IMG/VR virus record: IMGVR_UViG_3300017700_000537
Span: 11,160-75,159 of that record
From: a virus
Lineage: Duplodnaviria > Caudoviricetes
Strand: one strand, 5' to 3'
DNA: 64,000 nt
Positions 39,701-47,064 of this stretch are shown one piece after another (position 1 is the stretch's first letter; each line of letters opens with the position of its first letter). The notes beneath the pieces are model-generated. The model searched no databases. It saw nothing but the letters and a program-made list of their open reading frames with translations, and was not told the origin of the DNA. The position numbers were made by a program, and so were the translations under genes.

Positions 39701-39903
39701 CGAAGAAGGGCGAAACAATCTCGGACGACGTTCGGGAAGAGATGTCAAAGCGTGTCGCTGAACGCAAGGGCTTGATAGTCAATAAGTATTACGAGCAGCT
39801 TGACAAGCTCAATAAGCAGGAACTTGAGCAAATGTTGTTAAAAGTACATAACTTTGCTTCGGATATAATAAAATACGAGATGGGATTCTCCTCGGACAAG
39901 TAA
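33709..39903 (+). CDS. giant ejection/internal virion protein (2064 aa)
   Basis: N-terminal tandem AFR(E/D)GNDLGT repeat, long helical body, C-terminal membrane-proximal region; no DxDxD polymerase motif seen. Confidence 0.7.
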   Translation: MDEQKVQELWEAFREGNDLGTLGEFKSWIGDPNNRAEFHKAFRDGNDLGTIQEFDAYLGVKKKPSSKGSAFNWSTGEIDSKKLSSTQPAAPTAGRKSDIVTKDGVEMNWGTGEVTPKSAFAKNADSIYQLTVTNQANQPFQEETQPIDSDVTDVTMAQAGMLGVEAMNRGVIEQGIAGGLKGAGELMLKGVKVFDESAKPEDIYLWKLGNGIEKMFEKGGIAEYTSSPELLNSTEGEIISGLGQAVAGILTGGTSKAASAMSAIPKSKAMLEMMGRGLFSRASMMATMNIVGEGSERLREEKSMVDQLPRDGYVKLGIEAGLDEKEVGAKYDRLKSSNVDDLISEMLPTWFMEGSTEGLMVGEWFKRFNKATDGSFGKVFMEKAKDVTIGTFEGATQEALQQWMENATAKEVYDYTLKTTEGLEKSAEVGGAVQFILETMSAALGVKNRGTTGEDSDFIKKAQEEIESKKEVLAKNLDNALVEKVDIKDVKAELDTKVQAGEITQEQADEQLKEIEVKKLAIEKIPEDLKMNPDVVDATTEKTKVDSETDALKESIKEKDPAFTAKEQAQIKENELKSAELSVKTSEAANLPPDPKAVKLIEASKEETGEPAKTTAKEDVSSAEPKVSTPTATPLKEPQVQEEKPPTPAQAKKLAEEKIDEFAVQPEADLSNMPDEDVTRKILADGNTAQVGQAWAAEPDVVQGEIFTKESAIEDAVTNSTFDVMALEGIPDLSSKYLPKGDAGPNVYNLQELAEELSDQTGMNITEADIADYISSNPEKKKPKKISANPNKRLLAQRFKELAGIAPNKEYIDKLSERSSFLKEKQAVEQEFPEAAVVKPVQPASDRMKKSLMNRVAEDPLVPLEVRELAKAGKLDYDSLKDEHVNAVADFEIAENMKSLDAKDGLDASVKTAKDLLKEAVDTDDTNTRETNGAIATTILLKTAYHYAEQGMMAEALSVYDFLDSYSRGAGRQISSLRGSASPEGIAGSTAVKVFESQVRELSKKGKNATLEQMLRGLKDEIEKARSKTNLQEAKVAVAKSMKVKDVANKKVEAAKKGVDEARAKLARAVQGQLSAGINPEVLIALKDLFVAYKNLFGANMSLIKAAYMQSASDMGLDADEAWNAVSDEAAAVTEEELQIPADIPMGTAQPLIQGQSEIDKIVDEHYKKNDGMSLWAKLKEAGMSEKDARAYENKLASELEKREKAAILRAINNFKKQIQEEEIEGIMVHEKKWNGSVDKLANAAYHGLLNDQNLAAAVSGYFGYQSLSAQDVKDIKDISSKMINGLQSNAVVNTAGQTIGYQPIGQPAPAGTTLQLVDQKSPELMARAQKEMKNKLLELEKRNVGIMPILADELNTAMHMGALANTGTWLNIIVGTISKLAPDLISIAASNPVAAVRAMQKISESKANNWKMGFGVFRSAFKDNFSHLDNPKIQLDGQYVTAASLVEVAMVRGIAKYSKMYADATGIDKAKSFGKLVGAILSQAYRIAIAPKAIDAQFTHPVTEFVRFIEAWNKLEQGVKFSELVTPDFANRVAEYGMFTKNAWDTAKSQASAEVAGMKMNGQEVPLGFEDRRAKEIIQQQVRRSEIESAQLFMDQASLRGEMSGFLGVAFDKWQNSGQKETKAAPILQLSRTILRAALTMFMRVAIHGTNVVQKTVPLLGPTMNAAAHIAVNRSLAGAMSSKYVGEKVMEQYPADRQIGNGYVKKSKTEMAKDMGAQVMATTLFAGLFMAMFDRDDEDNLVLDPDRWIDISASLDNDPFTSEVGGMTRYSVRFKQSDGTWGKPKKFSLWLPFLAPLSILGGVRDDIIFREQDFRNKSIWARGGAGIQDIIGVFSEVSFNSLAQTWDRYQKAGAAAAKSDTPMPWVDVTFQTALRPAKAVMPGVYRDLLVNELGVMLDKPATKPDKWYERIAKDIPWIDYYVKGDRYDEYGNIIYRDSRTGKIVERISMGYLDFVMKNEETRERPEWILSSKFDGLLTPGQFFSAKSLISKKDSDWAKKGETISDDVREEMSKRVAERKGLIVNKYYEQLDKLNKQELEQMLLKVHNFASDIIKYEMGFSSDK

Positions 39904-39965
39904 AAACCGGAATTTGATTTTGGTGACACGAAGAAATCCATCAAGGAAAAAATCAAAAAAGAAGA

Positions 39966-40631
39966 ATGAAAAAACTTCCAGCACTAATAACGATCGCAGC
40001 CTTGGCACTTATTGCAATACTGGCCATCCAGCGTTGTTCCTTTCACAAGCAGAAGGATAAGGATTCAACCGCCCTTCTCGACCTGAACGAGAAGAAATTC
40101 ACGCAGTTCAAAACTGAATCCGGCAAGAACGCAGGTATGGCCGATGCCCGCATCATGGACTTGCAGACGCTGCTTGCGCTAGAGAAGACAAAGGTCGCCA
40201 GGCTGGCCAAAGAACTGAACCTAACCGTGAAGGATATTAAACGGATAGTTGACGTACAGCTAGAGGGAAAGGACACCATCAAGTTGACGCAGGTGGATAC
40301 GATATATTACCCGGAAACAAAAGAGCCTGACGAACCACGGCCTTATTTTGCAGTAAGGCCGTATGTGTTTGAGGATCGCTGGAACTATTTCGAGGCATAC
40401 CTTAATGATGGTGAAATTGACATAAATTACTCCATCACTGATAGTATCCAAATAGTAGAGACAAAATCCGGCAATACAAGGACTTTCACGGCCTTCAACA
40501 GCAATCCTGCCATACGAATTAAAGGTATGCAGGCAATAGTAATTGAGGAGCCAAAGGCACGTAAAAAGAGATTATGGTGGACAATACCAGTGGCCGTTGC
40601 TGCTGGCGTAGTATTAGGTAGTAGATTATAG
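39966..40631 (+). CDS. spanin-like periplasmic protein
   Basis: N-terminal TM, coiled coil, C-terminal hydrophobic anchor WWTIPVAVAAGVVLG. Confidence 0.55.
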   Translation: MKKLPALITIAALALIAILAIQRCSFHKQKDKDSTALLDLNEKKFTQFKTESGKNAGMADARIMDLQTLLALEKTKVARLAKELNLTVKDIKRIVDVQLEGKDTIKLTQVDTIYYPETKEPDEPRPYFAVRPYVFEDRWNYFEAYLNDGEIDINYSITDSIQIVETKSGNTRTFTAFNSNPAIRIKGMQAIVIEEPKARKKRLWWTIPVAVAAGVVLGSRL

Positions 40632-40650
40632 GCAAGGTTTTTGGTATGAT

Positions 40651-41859
40651 GTGGCCATTATGGCCGACCCACACACGAACGCAAATTATAATCCAATGAC
40701 AATACATCCTCTGATTAGCTACTTGGTGGCTTCTGGAGGCTTTGATGGCACGGACGAGTCCTGGCCTGAGCTTGCAGCGAAATTTGATTTGGTGAGTGGG
40801 GAGGCCGCTTTTGGCAGATGGAAAAGATTTTTGGGCAGCGACCGCTCACTAGAGTTCAAGAAGGCGAACGTCAACCCCAAAACAGGAGAGCTTCTATCCG
40901 TCACTATGGGGCGGGCGATGGAGCCCAAAGAAATCCCGGATTTTGAAGGCAGCACCGTAAAGTTCATCACCACCACCCCAAACGGAGGGGCCTTTGTGAG
41001 GCGAGAGTTCAAGGATTCAGGTCCACCGCCTATCACCGACCAGCAACGTGCCGACATCGAGCGGAAGGTCTCGGAGAAACCAATTCAGAGACCTTCCGCA
41101 TCCTTCCACCAGAACATCCTCATCATCGGCTGTGTACACCGGCCATTCCACGACAAGAAAATCTGGGCCGCACTCCTTTCTTTCATCTACGACAACAGGG
41201 ATGGAATCCACGGCATTGTCATCAATGGGGACTACCTTGACATGAAATCCCTTTCAAGCCATGACGAGAAGAAGTTGTTGCCGTTCGGCATTGACCTCGG
41301 CGTGGAGTATCAGGATGGCTATGAAGGCATACAAGAGCTGAAGCAAGCGTTTGGTGTCAGGTGGAACATCATAAGCAAGGATTACACCTATGGGAACCAC
41401 GAGGCAAGGTATTTTAAGCACATCGGGCAGTTTGACCACTCGAAGTACGGAACAGCGCTAATGTCCCCGCACGAGGCCATGAAGCTGGAGGAGGAGGGGT
41501 TCAACCTGCAACTTGACTGGGAGAATGGCAGGGTGTTTATCGGGGATGACCTAGAAGCGTTCCACGGGTTCTATCTAGGGCCGAACGCTGTAAAAAAGCA
41601 CTTGGAGAAAAGCGACAGGAACATCTTGATGAACCACACCCACGCTGTTGCTGAATTTAAGCTGAACGGTCGTCGTGGCTACAACATAGGCTGGATGGGC
41701 GACGAGAACTCGCCTGGATTTACCTACGCCAACAGGTTCATGGTATCTGGCTGGGAGAAATGCTTTGCTATTGCCACCGTTCTGGAGACTGGGAAGACGA
41801 TAGTGAACAGGACAATCTGTGAAAACGGAGGGTTTATTTTTGGAAACAAGCGGTATTGA
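40651..41859 (+). CDS. calcineurin-like metallophosphoesterase
   Basis: GCVHRPFHD, NGDYLD, GNHE, NHTH metal-binding motifs. Confidence 0.85.
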   Translation: MAIMADPHTNANYNPMTIHPLISYLVASGGFDGTDESWPELAAKFDLVSGEAAFGRWKRFLGSDRSLEFKKANVNPKTGELLSVTMGRAMEPKEIPDFEGSTVKFITTTPNGGAFVRREFKDSGPPPITDQQRADIERKVSEKPIQRPSASFHQNILIIGCVHRPFHDKKIWAALLSFIYDNRDGIHGIVINGDYLDMKSLSSHDEKKLLPFGIDLGVEYQDGYEGIQELKQAFGVRWNIISKDYTYGNHEARYFKHIGQFDHSKYGTALMSPHEAMKLEEEGFNLQLDWENGRVFIGDDLEAFHGFYLGPNAVKKHLEKSDRNILMNHTHAVAEFKLNGRRGYNIGWMGDENSPGFTYANRFMVSGWEKCFAIATVLETGKTIVNRTICENGGFIFGNKRY

Positions 41860-41886
41860 CCAGTTAAACAATAATGCGTAACTTTG
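41855..41886 (+). promoter_or_regulatory. host-type promoter upstream of the holin candidate
   Basis: aTTG-N20-TAACTTTG. Confidence 0.6.
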
Positions 41887-41916
41887 CTATCCAACACACA
41901 AGTAAAACTTAGTGAG

Positions 41917-42219
41917 ATGGATGCAATAATAAGAGATGACAAGATGAGCCACTTCATATACCAGTTCTTAAATCAGTACGCTGGGCCAGGAATATTCGGG
42001 ACCATCATACTGACAATCACACTCCAGGACATTACACTGGCGGTGCCGATAATTTCGGCATTCTGCGTTCTTGCTGGCCAAGGGGTTGTATGGATACGCA
42101 CAGACAGGCGGAAACAGGCCCGTCACGAGCTGTTTATGAAGATTGGCCAGCAGATGGTTGACGGCAAGCGGGATTTCGACAAGGAGTTCATGGAAAAGTT
42201 GGACGAGACGGCTGACTAG
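41917..42219 (+). CDS. holin-like membrane protein
   Basis: 100 aa, two TM segments, charged C-terminus, last gene of the virion operon. Confidence 0.5.
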   Translation: MDAIIRDDKMSHFIYQFLNQYAGPGIFGTIILTITLQDITLAVPIISAFCVLAGQGVVWIRTDRRKQARHELFMKIGQQMVDGKRDFDKEFMEKLDETAD

Positions 42220-42452
42220 CCTTTGAACTTCCCGAAAAACATCTCAAAGATAGACGCCCCATCCATCTGCTTAATGTTCGACTGCCTCGCATCCGGCCTG
42301 ACAACAGGGCTTGGAGTCACCGACACAACCTTCAAACTGCGTTCCGCCCTTGTCTTGGCTTTTGTGCAGGCATCTTCCATTGTTTCGGCAGGGATGTCCT
42401 TGTAGAAAAACGTTTTGCCGTGGAGTTCTATTTTTACGTCAAATTTTGGCAT
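42216..42452 (-). CDS. hypothetical protein
   Basis: 78-aa ORF converging on the holin candidate. Confidence 0.55.
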   Translation of the reverse strand: MPKFDVKIELHGKTFFYKDIPAETMEDACTKAKTRAERSLKVVSVTPSPVVRPDARQSNIKQMDGASIFEMFFGKFKG

Positions 42453-42657
42453 TTTCGGGATTTTTTGCTTGCTGAATCTTAACGATAGACCGCTTCAAAT
42501 AATTTGCTTGATCAAGGCACTCCTCGTAGGCGTGTTGTAGCCAATCTTCAAGACTCAAGTCATTCCTATCCAGCGTAACACCGTATTTTATCGTGCCAAT
42601 CCTTGAACGCTCAAGAATGTCGTTTGCCACGGATTCTGCTATTGAACACTTTTCCAT
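42439..42657 (-). CDS. conserved small phage protein
   Basis: ERSRIGTIKYGVTLDRNDL...WLQHAYEECLDQANYL pattern seen in many phage genomes. Confidence 0.65.
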   Translation of the reverse strand: MEKCSIAESVANDILERSRIGTIKYGVTLDRNDLSLEDWLQHAYEECLDQANYLKRSIVKIQQAKNPENAKI

Positions 42658-42668
42658 TTTTGTTGATT

Positions 42669-43382
42669 TTATATCGAAATTCTCTTTTGCCTCATAGGTG
42701 TTGTAATTGCTCTTTCGATTGACCACCCTATCTTGAGCCTAGAACGAAGCGTTACTGGATTCATTCCAAGTTCTCGCTCCCACTGTGAAATTGTTTGCGT
42801 TTTCCCACCGTATGTCAAGTAAATATTATTTCGGCGGTTATTTGCTTGCTCAACGTCCGTCGCCCAGCGGCAGTTATCCTTGTAGTAGCCTAAGTTGTTT
42901 TCTATCCGGTCAATAGTATTCCCCTCTGGCCGCTCTCCCATATCTTCTAAAAAGTTTGAAAACTTTTTCCATCTTTCGCAGACGGTTATCCCTCTGCCGC
43001 CATAATTTTCAAAATTACTATCATTAGGGTTCTGACATCGAGATGACATGGACTGCCAAGTCTTGTAAGTTTTGGATGACTTCCCATCACTTTTGTGCCC
43101 ATGTGTGACATTGCATTTTTTCGCCTTGTCTATTTTGAAGCATCCACAAGAAGTAGTTTTACCACTTTTTAGGCCAGAAGAAGAAAAAATTGAAACATTC
43201 CCGCAATCACACTTGCAATACCAAAGCGACTTTTTGTTATGCGTTTGGCCCGCAAATCTGATTACCGCCAACCTGCTAAATTTTTGGCCAGTCAAATCCT
43301 TGAAATTTTTACATTTTGGATGCCCTAAAAAGATTATTTCACTTTCGTTGATAAATTTTTTCACGTCAAATAAAAAAGCCAT
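42669..43382 (-). CDS. HNH homing endonuclease
   Basis: DLTGQKFSRL, WYCKCDCG, SCGC, YGGRGITVCERW, TIDRIENNLGYYKDNCRWAT..EQANNRR; AT-rich; true start may be GTG 43364. Confidence 0.88.
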   Translation of the reverse strand: MAFLFDVKKFINESEIIFLGHPKCKNFKDLTGQKFSRLAVIRFAGQTHNKKSLWYCKCDCGNVSIFSSSGLKSGKTTSCGCFKIDKAKKCNVTHGHKSDGKSSKTYKTWQSMSSRCQNPNDSNFENYGGRGITVCERWKKFSNFLEDMGERPEGNTIDRIENNLGYYKDNCRWATDVEQANNRRNNIYLTYGGKTQTISQWERELGMNPVTLRSRLKIGWSIERAITTPMRQKRISI

Positions 43383-43487
43383 TGCTGGATGCCACCTTGG
43401 AACGTGCGAACGATTACTATCAAAAGTTATCCAAGAAGAACACCCAGCAATGGCCGATAGTAATTAAAAGTTCGCAATGCAAATATA
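43372..43487 (-). promoter_or_regulatory. promoter plus attenuator-like leader for the HNH gene
   Basis: TATATTTG at 43480-43487; interleaved inverted repeats 43456-43476/43405-43421 and 43441-43454/43378-43391, then U6. Confidence 0.6.
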
Positions 43488-43507
43488 CGACCATTTAATT
43501 AAAGTTT

Positions 43508-43879
43508 TCAGATTTTTGAAAAACACTCCAGCGGATTTGTAAAAAAGCCACAGTACGTCTTCATCGATGTCTGTGACCTCTTCACCCCATCCCTCCACCA
43601 GAATACCGTGCAGGCGATGTAATTGGTGCCGCCCATCTTGTACTCCACAGACCCGTTCAGCGGCAGGAAGTTGGACTCAAAAGCGCCCGTCTTGGGGCAG
43701 ATGACCGAAATCCTGATGGATACGCTGTCCGGCTTCGGATAGCTGTAATTGAACGGCTGCTGGTCAACGGAGAGCCGGTATCGGTCGCCGAGGTTCTGGA
43801 TTTTCAGCGTTCCTGCCGAGATTTGGGCCTCCATCGTTATAGTGGCCAGTAAAAGTGTGAAAAGGATTACAATTTTCAT
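43508..43879 (-). CDS. secreted protein
   Basis: MKIVILFTLLLATITMEA|Q signal peptide. Confidence 0.7.
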   Translation of the reverse strand: MKIVILFTLLLATITMEAQISAGTLKIQNLGDRYRLSVDQQPFNYSYPKPDSVSIRISVICPKTGAFESNFLPLNGSVEYKMGGTNYIACTVFWWRDGVKRSQTSMKTYCGFFTNPLECFSKI

Positions 43880-43941
43880 AAGTATGCTAGTTTAAAATGT
43901 GACTAGCGCTGTTCAGTGTTGTTTTTTGCTTCGTCCCGCAA

Positions 43942-44439
43942 TTAAAATGCCATAAAATACTTCCCATCCCTAGTTCTGAAAAGCATTGCCATGACGCCAA
44001 TGGTTCTTACCCCAATTTTAGAATATGCCGTGATAGTTCCGTCGTCAGATATAAAGCGATGCCCGCCGAACTCGCCGTACACATAGCCTGTGAGATTCCC
44101 AATTATTGAATCCATCTCATAAACAATCAACCCGTTATCGTATTCAATATCCGTGACAGTTCCTGTTTTTACCCCACTAACGGGGCCTACGTATTCAAGG
44201 GTTGTTTCTTTCCGCATCAATAGCTCATAGTCATCAATGATGGATTGAAGCGAATCAATCACATGGATGTAACCAGAACAGGCATCAGCAAGTGTTGTTT
44301 TTTTAATGCTTGATTGGCTATCCATCCATACAACAGGAGTTGTATCTACAACGCCTCCTATTGATTGAACCCCAATTTCTATTTGCCCGAAGGCGTTCGT
44401 CAGCGCAAACAGCGCCAGAATCGTCATTAATTTTTTCAT
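43942..44439 (-). CDS. secreted protein
   Basis: MKKLMTILALFALTNAFG|Q signal peptide. Confidence 0.7.
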   Translation of the reverse strand: MKKLMTILALFALTNAFGQIEIGVQSIGGVVDTTPVVWMDSQSSIKKTTLADACSGYIHVIDSLQSIIDDYELLMRKETTLEYVGPVSGVKTGTVTDIEYDNGLIVYEMDSIIGNLTGYVYGEFGGHRFISDDGTITAYSKIGVRTIGVMAMLFRTRDGKYFMAF

Positions 44440-44460
44440 GTTGAATTTATTGATTGAAAA

Positions 44461-44658
44461 TTATTGCTTCAGCGCCTCTGCCTCGATAGCAGCTTGTATC
44501 GCCTGCCATTTCTGCGCCTTGATGTACCACCTTTCAAAAAGATGTGCTTTCTTCGGGATTGCCTGGTACAGTGCGGCAGTGGCAAAACATGCTTCCGCTT
44601 TCTTGGATACCTCTGCAAGAAGCATTCCCATTTGTTCGTCCGTGAATGTAGGGTTCAT
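44461..44658 (-). CDS. 65-aa helical hypothetical protein
   Basis: ATG overlaps the stop of the 35-aa peptide ORF. Confidence 0.55.
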   Translation of the reverse strand: MNPTFTDEQMGMLLAEVSKKAEACFATAALYQAIPKKAHLFERWYIKAQKWQAIQAAIEAEALKQ

Positions 44659-44762
44659 TGTTTCTTTTTTAGATTTCTGTTCGCCTTCCAAATCAACAAC
44701 TCTAGCCTTATTTTACCGGCAATTGAGTCGAATATTTTGAAAAGAATTGAGAAGAATTTCAT
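44655..44762 (-). CDS. 35-aa amphipathic cationic peptide, copy 1
   Basis: MKFFSILFKIFDSIAGKIRLELLIWKANRNLKKKQ*; ATGA overlaps at both ends; duplicate at 45640-45747. Confidence 0.75.
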   Translation of the reverse strand: MKFFSILFKIFDSIAGKIRLELLIWKANRNLKKKQ

Positions 44763-45199
44763 TTATTTGCCGGGATTTTTACATAAGGGGTAAACAATAG
44801 CCACCAATCCATCCGCTCCAATTTGTATTGCATGAACCCGGCGAATGTCGGAGTTCGTCTTTCTGTCAATACTTCACTGCCTGTGTACCCTTGATAAAAT
44901 CCTGGGTCAATTCCCGGTAATTGGTATATTTCCTTGCCGCCTATCAAATAAACGGCATATTCAGTCTGGATAGAGTCAAGGTAGCATTCTATCTTATACC
45001 CACACCACTCCCCAAGTCCCCTGAATTTTGCCATTTCTGCCGGGGAGTAGTTAGCATCTGTGCGATAATAGTCCCACTGCTCCCACACGTAGTTGTATTG
45101 GCGATATAGTGAATCCCTGTCTTCAAATTGCCACTCCGAGTATTGAGCCTGGCAGGTTAATGTGAAAAACAGCGCAATGATTGTGAAAAGATTTTTCAT
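44759..45199 (-). CDS. secreted protein
   Basis: MKNLFTIIALFFTLTCQA|Q signal peptide. Confidence 0.7.
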   Translation of the reverse strand: MKNLFTIIALFFTLTCQAQYSEWQFEDRDSLYRQYNYVWEQWDYYRTDANYSPAEMAKFRGLGEWCGYKIECYLDSIQTEYAVYLIGGKEIYQLPGIDPGFYQGYTGSEVLTERRTPTFAGFMQYKLERMDWWLLFTPYVKIPANK

Positions 45200-45211
45200 T
45201 GTTGGAAATTA

Positions 45212-45643
45212 TTATTGTTTGATAAATTCAGAATCTTCCCATTCGTCGGCTTCGGTGACTACCTCGACCTTTCGTTCCTGCTTCTTCTTTTCGGTTTTCA
45301 ATACCAATGGTATCTGTTCGGCAGTACGCAGGTCATAAAGCCCAATCAATTCACCTTCATTTAGCCTCACTTTTTTCACCTTGTCGTCCGACATGCCCCA
45401 TTCTGGACTGTTCAGCCAATCGAAAGCAGCTTGTTCAGATTCAAAAAGTGCGGTCTTTGTTTCCCACCTCCTTGATGGTGAGGCAAGCCCGCCACTTATC
45501 CGTGTATAAGATTCTAATGTTTGGTAGATGACAAGATGTGTGTAGTGCCTTTCTGGTTTATCTGGTGATTCACCAAGCCAGATTTGCGCTGAAAGATTTA
45601 ACCCAAAAAACAGTAACGCCAAAATCGTCATTAATTTTTTCAT
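45212..45643 (-). CDS. secreted protein
   Basis: MKKLMTILALLFFGLNLSA|Q signal peptide. Confidence 0.7.
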   Translation of the reverse strand: MKKLMTILALLFFGLNLSAQIWLGESPDKPERHYTHLVIYQTLESYTRISGGLASPSRRWETKTALFESEQAAFDWLNSPEWGMSDDKVKKVRLNEGELIGLYDLRTAEQIPLVLKTEKKKQERKVEVVTEADEWEDSEFIKQ

Positions 45644-45747
45644 CGTTTCTTTTTTAGATTCCTGTTCGCCTTCCAAATTAACAACTCTAGCCGGATTTTA
45701 CCGGCAATCGAGTCGAATATTTTGAAAAGAATTGAGAAGAATTTCAT
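45640..45747 (-). CDS. 35-aa amphipathic cationic peptide, copy 2
   Basis: MKFFSILFKIFDSIAGKIRLELLIWKANRNLKKKR*; first gene after the leftward promoter. Confidence 0.75.
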   Translation of the reverse strand: MKFFSILFKIFDSIAGKIRLELLIWKANRNLKKKR

Positions 45748-45753
45748 TTTTAA

Positions 45754-45821
45754 TTTGTTTCTTTCATTTATTCAATTCATCTTTGTGCTGCAAATCTAAG
45801 GGAGTTATTTTTAACAAACAA
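45754..45821. promoter_or_regulatory. face-to-face promoter pair at the strand switch
   Basis: Plus: TTTG(45754)-N20-CATCTTTG(45778). Minus: cTTG-N20-TAGATTTG (45791-45798). Confidence 0.6.
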
Positions 45822-45844
45822 GTTTTTACTAAATAATTATTTTC

Positions 45845-46420
45845 ATGGCGTTGAAAAACTTTGATGAGATGTATAGATTGGACATCTCGGATTTGACCAA
45901 AAAGGTTGACGGGTTCGATTACCTGAGCTGGCTGGACTGCGAAATGTCATTGAGGGCGGCAGGTGCGGAACACATCTCCTATGATTGCAAGAAGGTAATT
46001 TGGACTCCCGGCGGCAAGTATGCGCTAGTGAAAGTCTGGGTGAAGATAGATGGCATCAAGCATTCCATCACGCATCCAGTGGCGAACGGTGACACAGCGA
46101 TAGAGAACCCAACTTCTAGCCAAATAGCATTTGCCATCCAGAGGGCATTTGTGAAGTGTGTGGCGATATTCTGGGGCCTTGGACTGTCACTGTGGAAGGG
46201 AGTTGATACGGATGTGGTGAGTTCACCAAAAGACACCAGCCTAGCTATCAAAATACCCATCGAGTTTGGCAAGGCAGTTCCGCACCTCGGGACTGCTGAC
46301 GAGGTACACGAAAGGATAGGCACTACGAAAGCCTCCCTCTCCAAGGTAATCTCGGAAGGAACAGACGCTGAGCGCCAAGAAATCCTGGCAAAAATCCTCG
46401 AAATCACCACTGCATTTTGA
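45845..46420 (+). CDS. DUF1071/Sak3-like single-strand annealing protein
   Basis: DISDLTKKVDGFDYLSW, QRAFVKCVAIFWGLGLSLW. Confidence 0.8.
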   Translation: MALKNFDEMYRLDISDLTKKVDGFDYLSWLDCEMSLRAAGAEHISYDCKKVIWTPGGKYALVKVWVKIDGIKHSITHPVANGDTAIENPTSSQIAFAIQRAFVKCVAIFWGLGLSLWKGVDTDVVSSPKDTSLAIKIPIEFGKAVPHLGTADEVHERIGTTKASLSKVISEGTDAERQEILAKILEITTAF

Positions 46421-47049
46421 TAGGCACCGAACGGGAAATACAAGGGTATATCGGAGGCAGCGATGCCGTCCGTGTCCACGGTTCGTGGGAGACTGCCACG
46501 TTCCAGAAGTTCTGGCGGGAGCGGCTGACAGGGTTTAGGGAGTCACAGAACTTCGACACCATCCACACGTCGGCGGGGAACATCATGGAAGCGGAGATAT
46601 TGAGGGCTGTCGGAATCCCGGAAATAAGCTGGAACGTGTACTTTAAGCCATCAAAGACAATCGCTGGCATCAACACGGATGCGTTCTATTCTGGGGTGTA
46701 CCACGAAATCAAGACAGTGCTGTGGGATACCGGCTCGAAGTGGATAATCGGCGGAGCAATCTCGGCAAACTACATCTACCAGATTCAGCACGGATTGCTC
46801 GTAACCGAGGCGGACGAAGCCAAGCTGCACATCTGCCTGATGACCGAGGAGGAGAAGTACAACCCGTTCTCTATAAACGACGTTTCTAGCCGTGTGCACA
46901 CGTTTTCGTTCAACAGGCCGTACTTCGACACCACTAAGACGACTATGGCGCAGTACGGCGCTCTCATAGAGCATCTGACGCAATGCTACCGCAATGGTGT
47001 GTTTCCGACAGATGCGAAAAGGAAGGAAATCATTAATTCATTTTCATAA
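46417..47049 (+). CDS. YqaJ/lambda-exonuclease-like nuclease
   Basis: IGGSDA, NTDA, HEIK, YQIQ motifs; follows the annealing protein. Confidence 0.75.
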   Translation: MIGTEREIQGYIGGSDAVRVHGSWETATFQKFWRERLTGFRESQNFDTIHTSAGNIMEAEILRAVGIPEISWNVYFKPSKTIAGINTDAFYSGVYHEIKTVLWDTGSKWIIGGAISANYIYQIQHGLLVTEADEAKLHICLMTEEEKYNPFSINDVSSRVHTFSFNRPYFDTTKTTMAQYGALIEHLTQCYRNGVFPTDAKRKEIINSFS

Positions 47050-47064
47050 TTAAACTTTAATTTT

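Noticed and set aside
33709-39903. Virion RNA polymerase call for the 2064-aa protein
   Set aside because: No DxDxD catalytic motif seen; DRDDED does not fit
4714-41871. Many antisense ORFs of 60-370 aa in the track (for example 37599-38702, 24046-24789, 26868-27497)
   Set aside because: They shadow well-supported plus-strand genes and have no recognisable motifs
43508-45643. Type IX secretion C-terminal signals on the secreted proteins
   Set aside because: None of the C-termini resembles a T9SS CTD
44655-45749. 105-bp direct repeat as a non-coding promoter duplication or IS end
   Set aside because: It contains no promoter consensus or transposase, and the differences are almost all synonymous in one frame, so it is better explained as a duplicated peptide gene
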